A stretch of DNA of 63,140 nucleotides, filler included, from Octopus bimaculoides (taxonomy: Eukaryota), in the NCBI RefSeq assembly GCF_001194135.2. It is 7 parts of 6 records of this genome, joined end to end, with 100 filler letters (N's around TTAATTAATTAA, not from the genome) between each part and the next. Parts side by side here need not be neighbours in the genome. Positions count along the whole stretch, not along the records: positions 10,679 to 12,707 come from NC_068993.1; positions 12,808 to 35,728 come from NC_068983.1; 5 more parts are not named here. One strand, written 5' to 3'. Below, piece by piece: positions 11,403-26,517 of this stretch (position 1 is its first letter; each line of letters opens with the position of its first letter). A program made the position numbers and the translations under genes. The notes below the pieces were generated by a model. It was not told where the DNA came from, did not search any database, and saw only the letters and a program-made list of their open reading frames with translations.

Positions 11403-11920
11403 TATTTAATCCTAATTTCACCTTATTCAATTAGGATAGTTTCTTTGATACAAAGGTCTCCCGTGTTGCATTTCGTGGCTTTGATGGATACAGTAAAGTC
11501 TTTCACCTGATACTTCAGCAAGTGTTTAGGGATTGAATTGGTTGTGCGCACATGGTATCTGATGCAGATGTGCAGTTTTCAACTGATACTTCCTAAGTCG
11601 GAAACACCACATTTGCTGCGAACCACATAGATCACCGAACACGATTTGTACAACTAGACAATGAGCACTCTCCGGTGCTGTTTACGATACAATTTCTAAA
11701 TAACAATTTCATCAGGGATGGACTGGATTGCCCCATCTGTATGTTTAGTATCTTCTTGCGGATCTTTTGATGGATGGCAGCGATTCTACTGTCTTCGAAA
11801 GCATGTATCATAGCTATCTTACAAAGATAGTTGACTTTAGCACTGTTTATATCCCATTTTTTGGCGAAAGGGGGTCGTTGTCCCGTAAGACTTTGTAAAA
11901 ATGTTTAACTGCATCTGTCA
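11403..11920 (-). pseudogene. Second, more decayed PLE remnant (thumb and GIY-YIG endonuclease)
   Basis: Manual translation of 11650-11403: KSCSVIYVVRSKCGVSDLGSIS*KLHICIRYH...SIPKHL...DF...LCIKETILIE, matching the SxVIY/YIG/RxxEH/LxIKExIxI layout of PLE endonucleases. A weaker thumb-like LTGQ..FAKKW lies upstream in another frame. Confidence 0.65.
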
Positions 11921-12606
11921 CTGAACGAAAAATTTCATTTTGCAAGAGGTGAAAGAAATGCCGTGAAATATTTTTTTCTGACGCTCCAACGATTCTGCCT
12001 GCTCGCTGCCTTATTGCATTTAAAATAATCTAAAAATATATTTGTTTCGATAACAACGTATAAGCCGAAATAATCACCCCACCCCCCACCTGCCAATAAT
12101 TTTCTGAAATTTTATTTTATTCAACATACCTGGAGGCATTTTAACTGGAAATGTAATATGTCCCAAACATACACTGCAAGAATTTTTTTCCGACGCTGCA
12201 ACGAGTCTGCCAGATCATCAGCAGGATTTTATTCAAATAGAAATATCTCGTTGAACTTTTCAAAATTACTTAACAGTGTCACTTGTAAATATGTTTCTTT
12301 CCCGCCAATTACATTCTTTCTTTCTCTCCTCTTTCATATATGCAACACCATGATGTTCCCATCGACCATTACTGCCTTCAGCGCTAACGTTTATTCTTTT
12401 GCCCTCCATGTTTAAACTTTTTTTATACTTTCCTACACCAGATATTCTTCTATTTAATTGCAAAATCTCTATTATTTTTTCTCTCCCGCCACACACTTTT
12501 ACACTCCCAACCTCTCACATCAGCGTTACTTCCTTTTCACGTGTTTTTGTATTTTATGTCTTTCGCACACTGTTTATTACTTGCTGTTGATGTTGTTGCT
12601 CCTCCT

Positions 12607-12707
12607 CTTCTTCTTCTTCTTCTTCTTCTTCTTCTTCTTCTTCTTCTTCTTCTTCTTCTTCTTCTTCTTCTTCTTCTTCTTCTTCTTCTTCTTCTTCTTC
12701 TTCTTCT
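12607..12707. repeat. (CTT)n microsatellite
   Basis: Perfect array running into a gap. Confidence 0.97.
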
Positions 12708-14554
12708 NNNNNNNNNNNNNNNNNNNNNNNNNNNNNNNNNNNNNNNNNNNNTTAATTAATTAANNNNNNNNNNNNNNNNNNNNNNNNNNNNNNNNNNNNN
12801 NNNNNNNATATATATATATATGTATATGTAAATACATATATAGAATATATATCCATATACTGATATATGTGTATGTTTGTGCGTGCTTGTGCGTGTGTGT
12901 GTCTGCATGTGTGTGGTGCATGTGTGTAGAGAGACAGTTGGAGAGAGAATCGAACGACATATACCAGACGCTAAGCCCCAGCTACTTATTTGTTGAATAA
13001 TTGCTCTTACAGCCGTATTCTCTCCTATTTAAAGCATATATTGCCTTTAAAATACCTTTGTCTTGTTTTGTAGAATCTTTTTTTAATTTAAGCATCTTCC
13101 TTTTTATAGGTATCTATAATGCGTAAGAGAAAGCAGCGTTACTTATACTAAACATGAACAAGCTTTTTGTAACCTAGCAATTTTGCACCCAGTGCTCTCC
13201 GTTGGATTTCTAGTAACAGTTGTCACATAAACTTCATTTCACTTCACACTTTTTCAACAAAATTCATAGGTTTCTTACAAAATTTAATATCACTCACTCG
13301 TTAAATGGCGAATATTTGAGTAGATCACCACAGAACATATGTATGCTCGATTACAGTTGATCTCCAGAGAAAAGATTCAGCTTAACAATGACATATAAAT
13401 AACATGATACAAGGGTAACCCAATTTTGGAGAACGCAAGACTGTATATGATATAAACCTATTAAGTATTGACGGAAAATGTAAATTGTATAGTGTTCTTG
13501 AAAAATTAAGCGTTAATTATGTCAATTGCTTCAATATTGAACACAAGAACGATTTTCACTACATGTATTGCATTATATAAATATTAATTTTTCTTATTTA
13601 TACTCATTTGTGATTTCTGTGACATCATAGTGAGTAAATAGGAATTGCGATCGAAATATTTACAATAATTTTGAAGGTTGTTGTTATTTAACCTCAAGTC
13701 AACCCAGAATGAGCTGGTCTCTGGCCAATGGCATATCTAGAGTCATAACTGTCTTTCCTTCAACAAAAATAATGCTAATGGCAATACATTAACTATGCTG
13801 TATTGTTTTTAGATACTAAATAGAAAGTAAATTTGAAACGCATTTATAAAACATGTGCAGCACTATATTGTGTAATATTGCGGCAGGAATTGCTGGAGCG
13901 ACCATATATCATTAAATATCTAATAAAATCCTGGTTAACAGGGAAAATCTAATAAAATTCTGGTTTTCAGATAACGTACTACAGTATTGACCGACGTCTT
14001 TTCATGTGCATCTGTAATATACCTTTATATATATATATTATTTAACTAATCACCTGCAAACGCCTATTTTAGAATAATTTAAAAATATATTTCGATGTTT
14101 ATGTTATAAAAAAGAAATTGAATTTTGTACAGGTTTAAGCATGAGCGTGTAGATGAGATTGTCGATGTGTATTTAAGCAACACTGGATTTTAAGGCAGAT
14201 TGCAGAATTTCAAAATATTGATGCAATCGAAATAGAGCGAATCACTTCGCACATGGTCCATAAGGTCTTTATATCTGCGTCTCAAAACAATGAAACATTC
14301 GTAAGTTTTGATTTGTTATTTACATTCATTTGTGGAAATAAACCACCTAGAATTAGTGCCGCATATACATGCATGCATGCATGAAAACACACACACATAT
14401 ATATCTAATTTATATGTCTTTGTGCATGAGTTGCGAGTGAGATGCAATACGAGACTCTTCGATGCAAATAGTAAAACATATCAAGGACTAAGTGCACATT
14501 TAAAGAAATGGTTCTAAAGCTTGTTCTTTAATTCGACGAGTACACAGAGAACAT

Positions 14555-14776
14555 ATAAATATTCTTTTCTACTCTAGGTACAAAATCCGCAATTTTTAGC
14601 GAGGGAGTCAATCGATTACATTGACCTCAGTACGCAACTGGTACTAAATTTATTGACCCCGATAGGATGAAACGTGAAGTCCACCTCGGCAGAATTTGAA
14701 CTCAGGACGTAAAGACAGACGAAATAGCGCTAAACTTTTCGCCCTGTGTGCTAATGTTTCTGCCAGCTCAACACCC
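14555..14776 (-). mobile_element. SINE family C, diverged
   Basis: Reverse-complement blocks CACCTCGGCAGAATTTGAACTCAG, GCTAATGTTTCTGCCAGCTC and ACTGGTACTAAATTTATTGACCCCG. Confidence 0.8.
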
Positions 14777-14799
14777 TAGAGAACATATACATATTGAAA

Positions 14800-14879
<80 letters not shown>

Positions 14880-14902
14880 CATCATCATCATCATCATCAT
14901 CA
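14800..14902. repeat. (ATT)n/(ATC)n microsatellite
   Basis: Visible tandem array. Confidence 0.97.
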
Positions 14903-17900
14903 TCGTTGTTACTGTCGTTGTTATTTTTATTATGGTAGCCTCTCGGATAGTTCTTAATTACTGGTTATTCTTTAGTTGATACACAAGACCAAAGGTTTCA
15001 GGTAGTGCCTTCTCCTGTGACTCATTCTAGATGTGTAGAAATATCTAGTCCTTAGGTTCAGTTGTGTAAAGTTGATTGAATGCGAAACTTTGTAACTACC
15101 ATTTTCTTGTGTTAATATTTTTTATTAATCTAGTTAATAATGAAATGTACCGTACTCTTCTGTCACATTATCAAGGGATCTCTAAAACTCAAAACTTATA
15201 TGGTTATGATTTAAGGACGGCCAAGTAGTGAAACCATCGCTCTCTTTGAAAAATGCCTCGTATTCACATGTTACTAAGGCCAAACTTACTTTCTATCCTT
15301 TCGTAGTGAATAAAGGAAATTACCAATCAATGTTGATTTTCTCCAAATTTAGAGTATATTTATGAAATCGTTGTAGTTAATGTAGATCTCTATAGAGACA
15401 TATAATGCTTAAGTGCCGAAAGAACTCACTTTCTGGGTACTCGTCATACTCTTTGACACATATAATTTTGGAACTCTTTACATGAAGTAAATTTTCTTTT
15501 TGAATGTTTTAAATTTCAATTTCCAATTGAAACAAAATAAATTAGTATACAATCACATATATAATATAAATATATCGCCTTAGAAAGAGTGTTAAAGCAA
15601 CCTATATACGCTAACCCATTCAAAGAATAGTTGATAGTTGTATCAGTGCAGGATAAATTGTTAGACTTCCACTACAAATTATATATGTTAAGCAGTAACT
15701 AGAAGAGGAGTATCTTGCTTTAAAAAAACACAAAAATTATAGCTCAAAGATAAACGATTTCTTAAATCAGGACTTGTGACGAGGAACAATGGAAAACAAT
15801 GCTTCACAGTCAGTGCAGAAATCAACGCTATACTCAAATGTTCTGTCATACGTACAGAAACGGCACTGGGTATTCATCAATTTTATTGGTATTCTAGATG
15901 GCATCAATCATAATCGTATTCTCTAGAGACACAAATATATGAATAGCGAAAAGTGTATTTATCGATTTCATATTCAATTATATACCAATGAACTTATTCG
16001 AAGTTCAAAATGCTATATGTATCACTTGCCATTATGAAATGTACTAATTATTTAAAAGCATAAACCAATTAAGTATAGATATCATATACACACACTTACA
16101 CAAAAACGAATATATTATCTAAAATATCACTAAACGTGTTTCAATAGTGTGGTATATTCCAGAATACGAATATTCACAATATTTAGTACTGTTATAATAT
16201 ATTATCCTTTCATTTATGGAACTGTATCAAATGAACATACACATAACAATTTCTTCCATACCATAATGTCGCAGATAAAAGAGCTACCATATTGATGATA
16301 TTAATATGTTGTTTTCTTAATAAGGAGACTAGTAGTAAAATGACTAGAAAACAATCACCAATGAATTTTGCTTTACCTGGGTTGCCAAAACCTGCAGACG
16401 ATAAGCCAAATGGAGAAATTTTATCAAAAGTTAAAGATACAAACCTTCAAATATAGATAACCAGAACATGGAGCATTGGAAACACACACACAAAAAAAAG
16501 ATTATGATAATAGATGCCTTAGAAACAGTGAAAAACCTTTCATGCTTAACCAATTTGTACTGTATGCCGTTACCAACATTACTAGACACTGCGCATATAT
16601 CACATAGACAATTTTCAATGCAATAAAAATACAAAACCAAAACAAATCACAGCACGTACCTTTGCTGTACAAAATGTTTCGATGTGGATAAATGCAGTGC
16701 TAGAGAACCATCAAAATTGTTCAGAATAAATAAAAGTAAAGAGAGTAATTTCATTAAAACTTAGTAAATTAGATTAGATTAGGATGATAAAATTGTTTAT
16801 CAAAACAGAACCACCAAGAGAAATATGTAGGAGCAAAAGAAATTGATCAGATTTAGCGACATAAAGATGTAACTATTAAGAACTAATACAAGCATTGCTA
16901 GTACATGTAAAATATATCACTCGGCTCTGATATGAATAATATACATAATATAAAACCATATCAGTTATCCATTGCATATTCAGCATAATAAATTGAATGT
17001 TATAAACACTGAAGATTGTAGACAAGGTAATTGCATGAGAGGAAGAAAAATCATATAGTTATGGTCTAAGAGACAGGTGGATGAAAAATGTAGATGAGTA
17101 GTTATTTGAGGAAATAGAATTTTTTTTTTCATTCATATAATTAAAGGAAATGGGAGGAAGAAAGATAAAAAAAGATAGACAAACAGAATGTAATTTGCTA
17201 CTTAATTATACTGCTATACACAATCTCTTCACTGCTGATAATATCGACGTTGCATTTCATTTTTGTAATATTTATAAATCATAAGCCAATTATAGAATGA
17301 ATAGCCCCTATTACAGGGTCGTTCTGAAAACGTATGACCTTAAGTCAAACTATGAAACTGAATTTAAAATTTTGGGCCCGGTAGAATAATCAGAATGACG
17401 AACTAAACTCTCTGATGTATTTAGCTACGATGTTTGCACTGCAAGTTTCAATCCTACTGGGACCGGTCCTTGTTTTCATTTTTCCGCAGTGCGTAATACG
17501 ATGGCATTAATGCAATTGTGTTATCAACAACTAAGAAATGTTGTGTATTTGAGAAATTCTGCGACGTTCTTCCTTCAATATATTTGCCTTTGTGCACATT
17601 TAAATGATTGTTAGGTCAATTGGTCTATAGAATTGCTTAAATGATATTGTTTACAAACATCTCGTATCATATTTTGGTTTAAAACATGACATAATAAACC
17701 ATTAATACACCATATCATTGCTATATTCAATAATTCAAATAACAATGTGTTTATTAGCAACTGCTTATTTCTTCTGATAAATTGCCTCAGTTCATGTTTA
17801 CTTGTATAAATTTTAGTAGAAAACTACTATATATGTAGTTTAAACATCATACAATTGATGCTTTCACCTGCCATAGGACCTAATATTGCGTTAAATAAAC

Positions 17901-19635
17901 AGATCACGCAGTTTCTCAGAAATGGAAGCCATGTTTAAAGAAATTTCACGTATTTTCATTCACTTGATATAAATTTGATTTAGAATGTCAACAAATATAA
18001 TGAGGAATCATTGCTAGAGTAATTAAGCTTGTGTTGAACTGTTATTCAAAGTGCTATTATCGCATTCATTAGGCTTGTGTCACAGTGTGCTGGTGTGCTT
18101 TTGTTACCATTTACGATGCATCCATCACAAAAGAAAATTCAATTAAATCCGAATAAAATGACAACGAAGAAAAGAAGTCATTCTCTATTGCAAGGTCTAT
18201 CAACATATTAAGCTCTATATTACATAGTGAGTTTGTGCCTACTAACATGAAGGATTCACTCTAATGTAATTCTTTGCTGTGCAGGCAATTGTAAATATAA
18301 CTTTTCTTGGTATGTTATTACCAATATCTAACGGAAGTGGGAATGAACACAATGTTGACCGTTCTCGAATTTTAACTTTATAATAAGAATCATGATTCCG
18401 GATATTATATCAAATACTTAGAAAAAAAACGAGGACAAATTAATTAAAAGCATATTGTTACATTTTGGGATGGTCATTTTGTTACGAATTAGACACGCAT
18501 TATACACTCGTTCCTCACTTCAGTTTTCCAAATGGCCTAAAGAGGGCACCAGGAGACACCTAGGATAGAGAGTCACTGAGGAAAGGAGATCACAGGATGT
18601 GTGTCGAAAGGTTAAAGACCACGAACACTAAAATAAGAAAAAAATGATAAAGCTGAAATAAAGAAAGTGTATATAGTGTGTGTGATTCTCTGACAAAAAG
18701 TGACCATCTCAACAGTATCTGTTTCAACACACGATTTCACATCAAGAATCTTGCTAAATAAAATACAATTAAATAAACACAAGAAATTAGAAATTTTATA
18801 AATCCTGCATGACTAAATACATTAGATCGTTTGGATAAAACGTGTCAATAACACGACAAAGGATGGTAGGATAATTACAGTACCATTTACTTATATTAAT
18901 TCGAATTACTTTTTCATAACGTCTTTGCTTATTTACAAAAACACGTGTCATACATACAATGCATACGAATGCCTGCAAACACACAAACACACATGTACAC
19001 ACACACATACACACACACACACACTTGTACGGATATATATATATCATCACGTTATTCTGTCATTTCGGCTCACAATTTTATTCAAAGTAGAACTTCAGAA
19101 TTAGGTCACGGTGTCTGTAATGACGTTGACCCTTGACCAATGTAGTTTCATCGGATAAAAACAAAGTGTGCGAGCCGCAACAAATACGTACAGAGCATCC
19201 AGCATAGCATAGGATACCTTGTCGTGAATGTGGAAAACAAATTCGGTCTGGGGAGACGTTCTGAACTGATGGCACCAGTCGAAAGCCTTCGAGGTGATCT
19301 ATCATCGTTATTTAGTAATAGTTATGTAGACGGCCGGTATGCAATCCTCCAACAGTTGTACGTATCTAGTTAATACAACGAAACCTACTATATTTTTACA
19401 CTAAACGGTCACCTCACGTAACCGTTTCATATCGTTCGCTCTGTCTATCAATTTGTCGTTGTTAATCATTCACGTGCGTTGTAGCCCTGAATCGTTTGTT
19501 ACGGAAGCTAGATCATGCGAATGGGCTTCCAATTCTTACCGGGATGCGAGAGAGATACAACTATTTTATTGGATTTCTAATGAGTGATGTTGGCACCATT
19601 CTGAAGGATTATAACCTAGATCAATGAAATATGTA

Positions 19636-20077
19636 GGCGCAGGCGTGTCTGTGTGGTAAGAAGCTTACTTCTGAAACACATGGTTTCGCGTTCAGTCCCA
19701 CTGCGTGGCACCTTAGGCAAGTGTCTTCTACTATAGCCTCGGATATAGTAGAAGATATATACTAAAGCCTTTGGGAGTAGATTCGGTTGACGGAAACTGA
19801 AAGAAGCTCGTCGTACACACACACACAAACACACACACACACACACATATGTATATATATATTTATGTGTGTGAGTATATGTCTATGTTTGTCACACCCA
19901 CTATCACTTGACAACTGATGTTGGTGTTTTTACGTCTCCGTAACTTAGCGGTTTGGCGGAAGAGAACGATAGAATGAGCACTAGGCTTACAAAGAATAAG
20001 TTCAGGGGTCGTTTTCTTCGACTACAAGGCAGTGCTCCAGCACCGCCACAGTCAATTGACTGATACAAGTAAAAGAA
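19636..20077 (+). mobile_element. SINE family D, near full length, with internal (CA)/(TA) microsatellite
   Basis: GGCGCAGGCGTGTCTGTGTGGTAAGAAGC head, GTTCAGTCCCACTG, CCTTAGGCAAGTGTCTTCTACTATAGCC, then a tail ending ACAAGTAAAAGAA. Confidence 0.85.
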
Positions 20078-21690
20078 TTAATAAAAATACCATATCACTC
20101 GTGTGCACTTACGCTTATGTTCGATGTTAGTATGTTGACGATATAAAATAGCAAAGAAATACTTTCCAAAATACACCTTATCTGTTTCATTAATTAATTA
20201 GCTTTGTGTACCTAGGTTTGTGTATGATATAAATATGATGATTGAACATATTATATCCAGCAGAATAGATAAGACATACACCATTTGTACACCAAAGAGA
20301 GGTTAAACGTTTGTGGATAGACCTATGTTTCAAGGCACTCCAATCATAACTACTACATTTCAGTCAACGCTATGTGGGGATCATATAATTTAATGTAAGG
20401 ATCCATTATTAAGATGGTGAACTGTAATTAAAAAGCAATGTGGATGTTCTTTATGCTAGATCGAGCGTATAAATGGAAAACCCTCGCTGCTTTGTAATCT
20501 ATATTGTGGCAAACTGAAGTGATTGGTATTCTGTGAAGACAAAGTAATGTTTATTGATGCAGTTATTGTTGCTGTTTTCTAATTGATTGAAAGCACAATG
20601 GAAAGAGGGGTAACACATTAAAAAAAATATACTTAATCTTGTAGCACTACACAACACAAGCCACACGGATGGGAAGTCTGTGACAATTTGTGTGTGTGTT
20701 TATGCATGTATATATTTATATAAAACTTACCTTGGAAGCGGATGCGTGGTCTTCGATCATATAATAATAATATCAATAATATATAAATATATTCATATAT
20801 CCATACATATATGTACATACCTACATCTATATGTATGCATACATGCATGTATGGGTAGAGGACATCGCAAAAAAAAGGTTAAACACAATGAGAAACCTTG
20901 TGTGTAACGTTTTTTGTGATGCCCTGTACCCATATATCCATGTTTGCATACATATAGATGTAAGTATGTACATATATGTATGGATATATGGATATATCTA
21001 TATATTATTTATATTATATATAATTATTCATTTAAAATATAGAGATGCCTATAATAGGACATCTAACCCGCTAGAAAGAGCAGCAAACAATTCTATACCA
21101 CAAAAATAGGGATAATTTCGAAAGAGAATGAAAAATAAAAACATTTTTACCAGTCTATACTCTGTACCATGGTTTGAAGCTATTTAGCAAGATACAAATA
21201 TATCTAACTCGGGTGCTTTCGTCAGAAGAGTTCCGGATTAGCGTGTAAACACGAGCCAAGGAAAGAACCAGACTCTAGTGTACATGCTTAATTTCTCAAA
21301 AATTAACCACGCATGTGCACATTACCTAATCGGCAGTAAATGTAAAACAAATGCCGATTTTCTTTCAGACATTAGCCAAAAAATATAATATCAATTGTTA
21401 ATCATTATCAATAATTAATTATTAATATATTTTTTGGCNNNNNNNNNNNNNNNNNNNNNNNNNNNNNNNNNNNNNNNNNNNNNNNNNNNNNNNNNNNNNN
21501 NNNNNNNNNNNNNNNNNNNNNNNNNNNNNNNNNNNNNNNNNNNNNNNNNNNNNNNNNNNNNNNNNNNNNNNNNNNNNNNNNNNNNNNNNNNNNNNNNNNN
21601 NNNNNNNNNNNNNNNNNNNNNNNNNNNNNNNNNNNNNNNNNNNNNNNNNNNNNNNNNNNNNNNNNNNNNNNNNNNNNNNNNNNNNNNNNA

Positions 21691-21754
<64 letters not shown>

Positions 21755-22717
21755 TAATGTACTGTCAATAGAAGCCGGGTTGCGTCGCGTTCCCTTACTT
21801 AATACATGAAGTATTGTAATTAAACAAACGACAGGTAAAAAAAAAAGTATAAATGGATAGGTGACAGACACAGAAGGTCCCTAATTGTTCATCAGCTATC
21901 AGCCAGATGGTATAAACTCAGTTTCGCACCGTTAATGATAAAACTGAGACCTTCTCATGCTGACGGTAACCGCGAATGTTGCGGAGAATATAGGGTTGAG
22001 AGCAAACAAAACAGTACAGAGTGTACATACAATAGTGAACATATGTAAATTAAGATTATGGATAAGGACGAAATAAATAAGAAATGAGTAAAATATAGCC
22101 TCAGGGCCGAAAATACAAGAATGGTGATTAACTCTTAGAAAGTATCCTAAATGATTAGAAAGCAACAAATAGCGAGGCAGTGGACACAGAGAATTTAGGA
22201 CTGGTCAGCTACGCAACTAGTGTGAAAAGGGGAGAGAAAGAAAGCTGGCCTCGTGTCATGTGTCAGGAACAAGGAGAGGATAAGCAGAGCAAAAGAGAGG
22301 GAGAGAGAGAAAATGACAGAGAGAAAACCCCTGTTTTCTTACTGAGCAACACCATCTGATTGATAACCGATAAGGAACTAGGGACCTTCTGCATTTGTCT
22401 CCCGTCAAGTTGTATACTCAGTATACGTTATAGTTTTTTTTTTACCTGTCGTTTCTTTACTTTCAATATGATTTACCTTACACACACANNNNNNNNNNNN
22501 NNNNNNNNNNNNNNNNNNNNNNNNNNNNNNNNNNNNNNNNNNNNNNNNNNNNNNNNNNNNNNNNNNNNNNNNNNNNNNNNNNNNNNNNNNNNNNNNNNNN
22601 NNNNNNNNNNNNNNNNNNNNNNNNNNNNNNNNNNNNNNNNNNNNNNNNNNNNNNNNNNNNNNNNNNNNNNNNNNNNNNNNNNNNNNNNNNNNNNNNNNNN
22701 NNNNNNNNNNNNNNNNN

Positions 22718-22780
<63 letters not shown>

Positions 22781-23381
22781 AAGATAGATAGATAAATAAA
22801 TAGATAGATATCAATGGCACGATATACCTTTGTTGAAATTTCACCGAAATGTATACTATAGATTTGTGTGAATATCAGCAAACCAGCCCGAAGAATGCTG
22901 AGTGGTCTGATGTTGCTACTAAATATTTAAATATATATGTGCGTGAATAAATATCAGCTTCAAGTATTTCATTTCTATTGCAATATAACGAAAGATCAGA
23001 CATTATTAATGTTTCTACGCTCGATAAAATTTAATCATAGTTACTCTTTTTTTTAAATCAACGTAAGCGTTTCAGCCCCAAAAAGCAAAAGAACAAAAAA
23101 GAAGAAAAAGCATATACAATCATAAATATAAAAATGATGGTCGAATTTAAATTAGGCGAAATGAACAACTCATAAATTGTGTAATTATCTATACATGTAT
23201 AGGTTCATGTAGTAGGTAGTAATTCCTGAGATATAAATATACAGTACAGTTAGAAGCCAATTGGAACCTGCGATTGGATTCTCAGTAAACAAAACTTGTA
23301 AGTATAAGAATGTGAAAATTTACACGGGATTCAGATTACATCACAGGAAGGTGGTTTTAATTCAATATATACATGAGATCC

Positions 23382-23435
<54 letters not shown>

Positions 23436-24936
23436 GTATATATAAATGAATGTGTGTGTGTGCACGTACATGTAGTGTTTGTGTGTGTGTGCGCCTGCAG
23501 TGGTGTTCGTATGTGTAAGTGCGCGCCCGTATGCATATGTATGTATTTATATGTTATTGTGTACATATAAGTATATCTATGTGCGTACATATATGTATAT
23601 ACACCTGGGTATATACGTACATGTATGTACACGTATTATTTATAAATATGTGTGTGTGTATGCGTGTGTGTGTATGTGTATGTATGTGTGTGTGTGTGTG
23701 TGCATGTAAGCGCGCGGATATACTTGTATTCATTCATACAGGAATATGATTCAGACTTCATATAATTATCAAGAGAGTATTCTGTTGACATTACTTATGA
23801 GATACAAGGAAGAGTCAGTGAACGGAATGAGTGTAATATTTATGGATATAGCGTCAAGTATTGATATATCTCTTCCATGACTATCGTTGCAAGTCATTGC
23901 GTGCGATGTTCATTCATCTAAATTATGCTTGTAACGTATGTTATTTACGGTTTCTTTTTCGTTTCATGCGCTTTGATGATCTTATATGATAGATATTGAC
24001 TGTAAATTCAATCATTAGATCAACACGATTGGAAAATGAACGTGTTGTTTCTGGTTGGAGAGTTTGAATGGTCGGTTTACCACTGCGAAATTCGAAAAAG
24101 CATTTTACTCAATTTCTTTGTTTAAAGCTTTATAATTAAGGGCTTATTAAAACGTTGATAATATGGATTTTTAATATATATAATGAAGTATTATGAATTC
24201 CGTGAACATTTGAATCTTTCTTCCATTTCCAGTAAATCATCTTGAACGAATTTGGATATATTACGTAAGAATGATATCAGTTTTTCCAACATAAGTGATT
24301 TGTCTAATGAGGGATGTCTTTTGGTCGAGAACAACATAATAAAATAATAATGTGAAGCACATTATACCTAACAAAGGCAGAATGTCCATATTTGCGTAAC
24401 ATTTCGTCATAGACATAAGAGATCAGGGTTAATGCGACTAAAGAAGTGTAAAACGAACCCAATAATTATAGAGATGCATATACTTAAAGAGAATTGTGCA
24501 TTCTGACATGGAAACTACGTTGCGAAATTAGATACCTAAAGTTTTATACGGCTTTTTGTGCAGGAAGAAGTGAGACCATTATTGCTAAAAACTTTAAATG
24601 AATTTTAAATTATTACAAAATTTCAAAGCTTGGAACTCTGTATACGTATTGGTTAATTGAAGTATAATTACAACTTTGATAGATATGAAACTATTATCAT
24701 TTGCTATTAATTGATTTGTTTTACAACTGTAAACGAAATTTTATTTTAAATATTAACGTAGATTTAATTCACCCTATTTCTAATGTTTTTTTTTAATCTT
24801 TGCACCAACATTACGAAAATTTAAATATGAAACTCTAATGAGAATATGCATCACAATACTCAAATTCAACATACTTTCACACACATGCGCATAAAAACAC
24901 GTACATATTGATATGTAAGTATGTACACCTATAATT

Positions 24937-25309
24937 GTGGAGGCGCAATGGCCCAGTGGTTAGGGCACCGGACTCGCGGTCATAGGATCGTGATTTCGAT
25001 TCTCAGACCAGGCGTTGTGAGTGTTTATTGAGGGAAAACACCTAAAACTCCACACGGCTCCGGCATGGGATGGTGGCGAACCCTGCTGTACTCTTTCACC
25101 ACAACTTTTACTTCCTGTTTCTGTTGTGCCTGTAATTCAAAGGGTCAGCCTTATCATACTGTGTCACGCTGAATATCCCCAAGAACTACGTTAAGGGTAC
25201 ACGTATCTGTGAAGTACTCAACCACTTGCACGTTAATTTCACGAGCAGGCTGTTCCGTTAATCGGATCGACTGGAACCCTGGAAGTCTTAAGCGACGGAG
25301 TGTCAACAT
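24937..25309 (+). mobile_element. tRNA-derived SINE (family B), full length
   Basis: Highly similar to 5411-5789 over its length. 11-bp TSD CACCTATAATT at 24926-24936 and 25310-25320. Confidence 0.92.
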
Positions 25310-26482
25310 CACCTATAATTACCAAATTTTTAGCGAATAAATTATTATGATGACAAATATTTTAATATTGATATTTGTCGGATGCCTTTCTGAACAATAA
25401 CTTGAATGGACAAGAGACAATTATGATATAACTTGTCATTGGTTAACATATTCGAGGAGGAAAACGATGTAAGTCAATGTTTCCAGGTTTCTTCACATGC
25501 ATCATATGTGATTCTTACGGTAACAGTTGTAGACATGTCTGGTCGCTCTTTATGGCCATTGTCCTGTTGGAACATTATTTGTACATAAAAACAAACAAAT
25601 TAAAAGACTTCACGGACAAATCGAAAATAAAACACATTATTTGGTGTGTTATACGTCTTTGTCCATATGTAGGTTTTGTCTGCACGATCTCAAACGTCAT
25701 TAAGTGATTGATCAGTGGTGAGAGTTTTAGGACTGTAGAATTTATCCCACTAGGCAGATATTGTCATCCCGTAAAACGTTTCCAAGTATCAGAAAAGTTG
25801 AAGCTAACCAAAGTCAGCATATACATTTAATACATACATACATATATATACATACATAGTTGTATTTTTGTTGGAAACCAGCTCCCTCTTCAGTGAAAGA
25901 TTTATAATAAACAAAAATAGAAGAGACACATACATAAATACACGCATATATACATACACACCCATATATAGATATATGTATATACATACACAGAAAGAGA
26001 GCCAAATCCGCAAAGAAAGACACACAAAAATACACGCACACAAATATACACATACACACGCACCCATACACATACACAGAGGCTTATATATGGATGGATG
26101 GATGTAAATCCTGCAAATAACAACTCGTACCCCGATAATTATATCCCTCATAATTGTTACGGGAATTTAAAAAAAAAAAACATCGCGTTACATTTTTTCC
26201 ATTTTACTTATTTATTACTTCTACTAATGGTTGGAGAATTAATGATATTAAGAATTATGAAAATTTGGAATTTTTATAATTCAATGTTTCTTATTGATCT
26301 TAGGTGTTTTATGAAATCAAAACTCATATTAGGATTTCACAAACGTAACTGCTTATAAAATCTAAAATAAACTTAACCTCACTCTTGAATAAATGGGCAA
26401 TAAAACTTTTATTTTTAGCTGTTTTACAGCAAATTTATCTTAGCTGATAAATCCAAAGACCTCAAATAGGTGTTATTAAATA

Positions 26483-26517
<35 letters not shown>

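Noticed and set aside
12180-12500. Minus-strand CTGATGA...GAAA motif and an RTE-like peptide (MEGKRINV...GRW)
   Set aside because: The hammerhead stems cannot be formed, and the peptide similarity is too weak.
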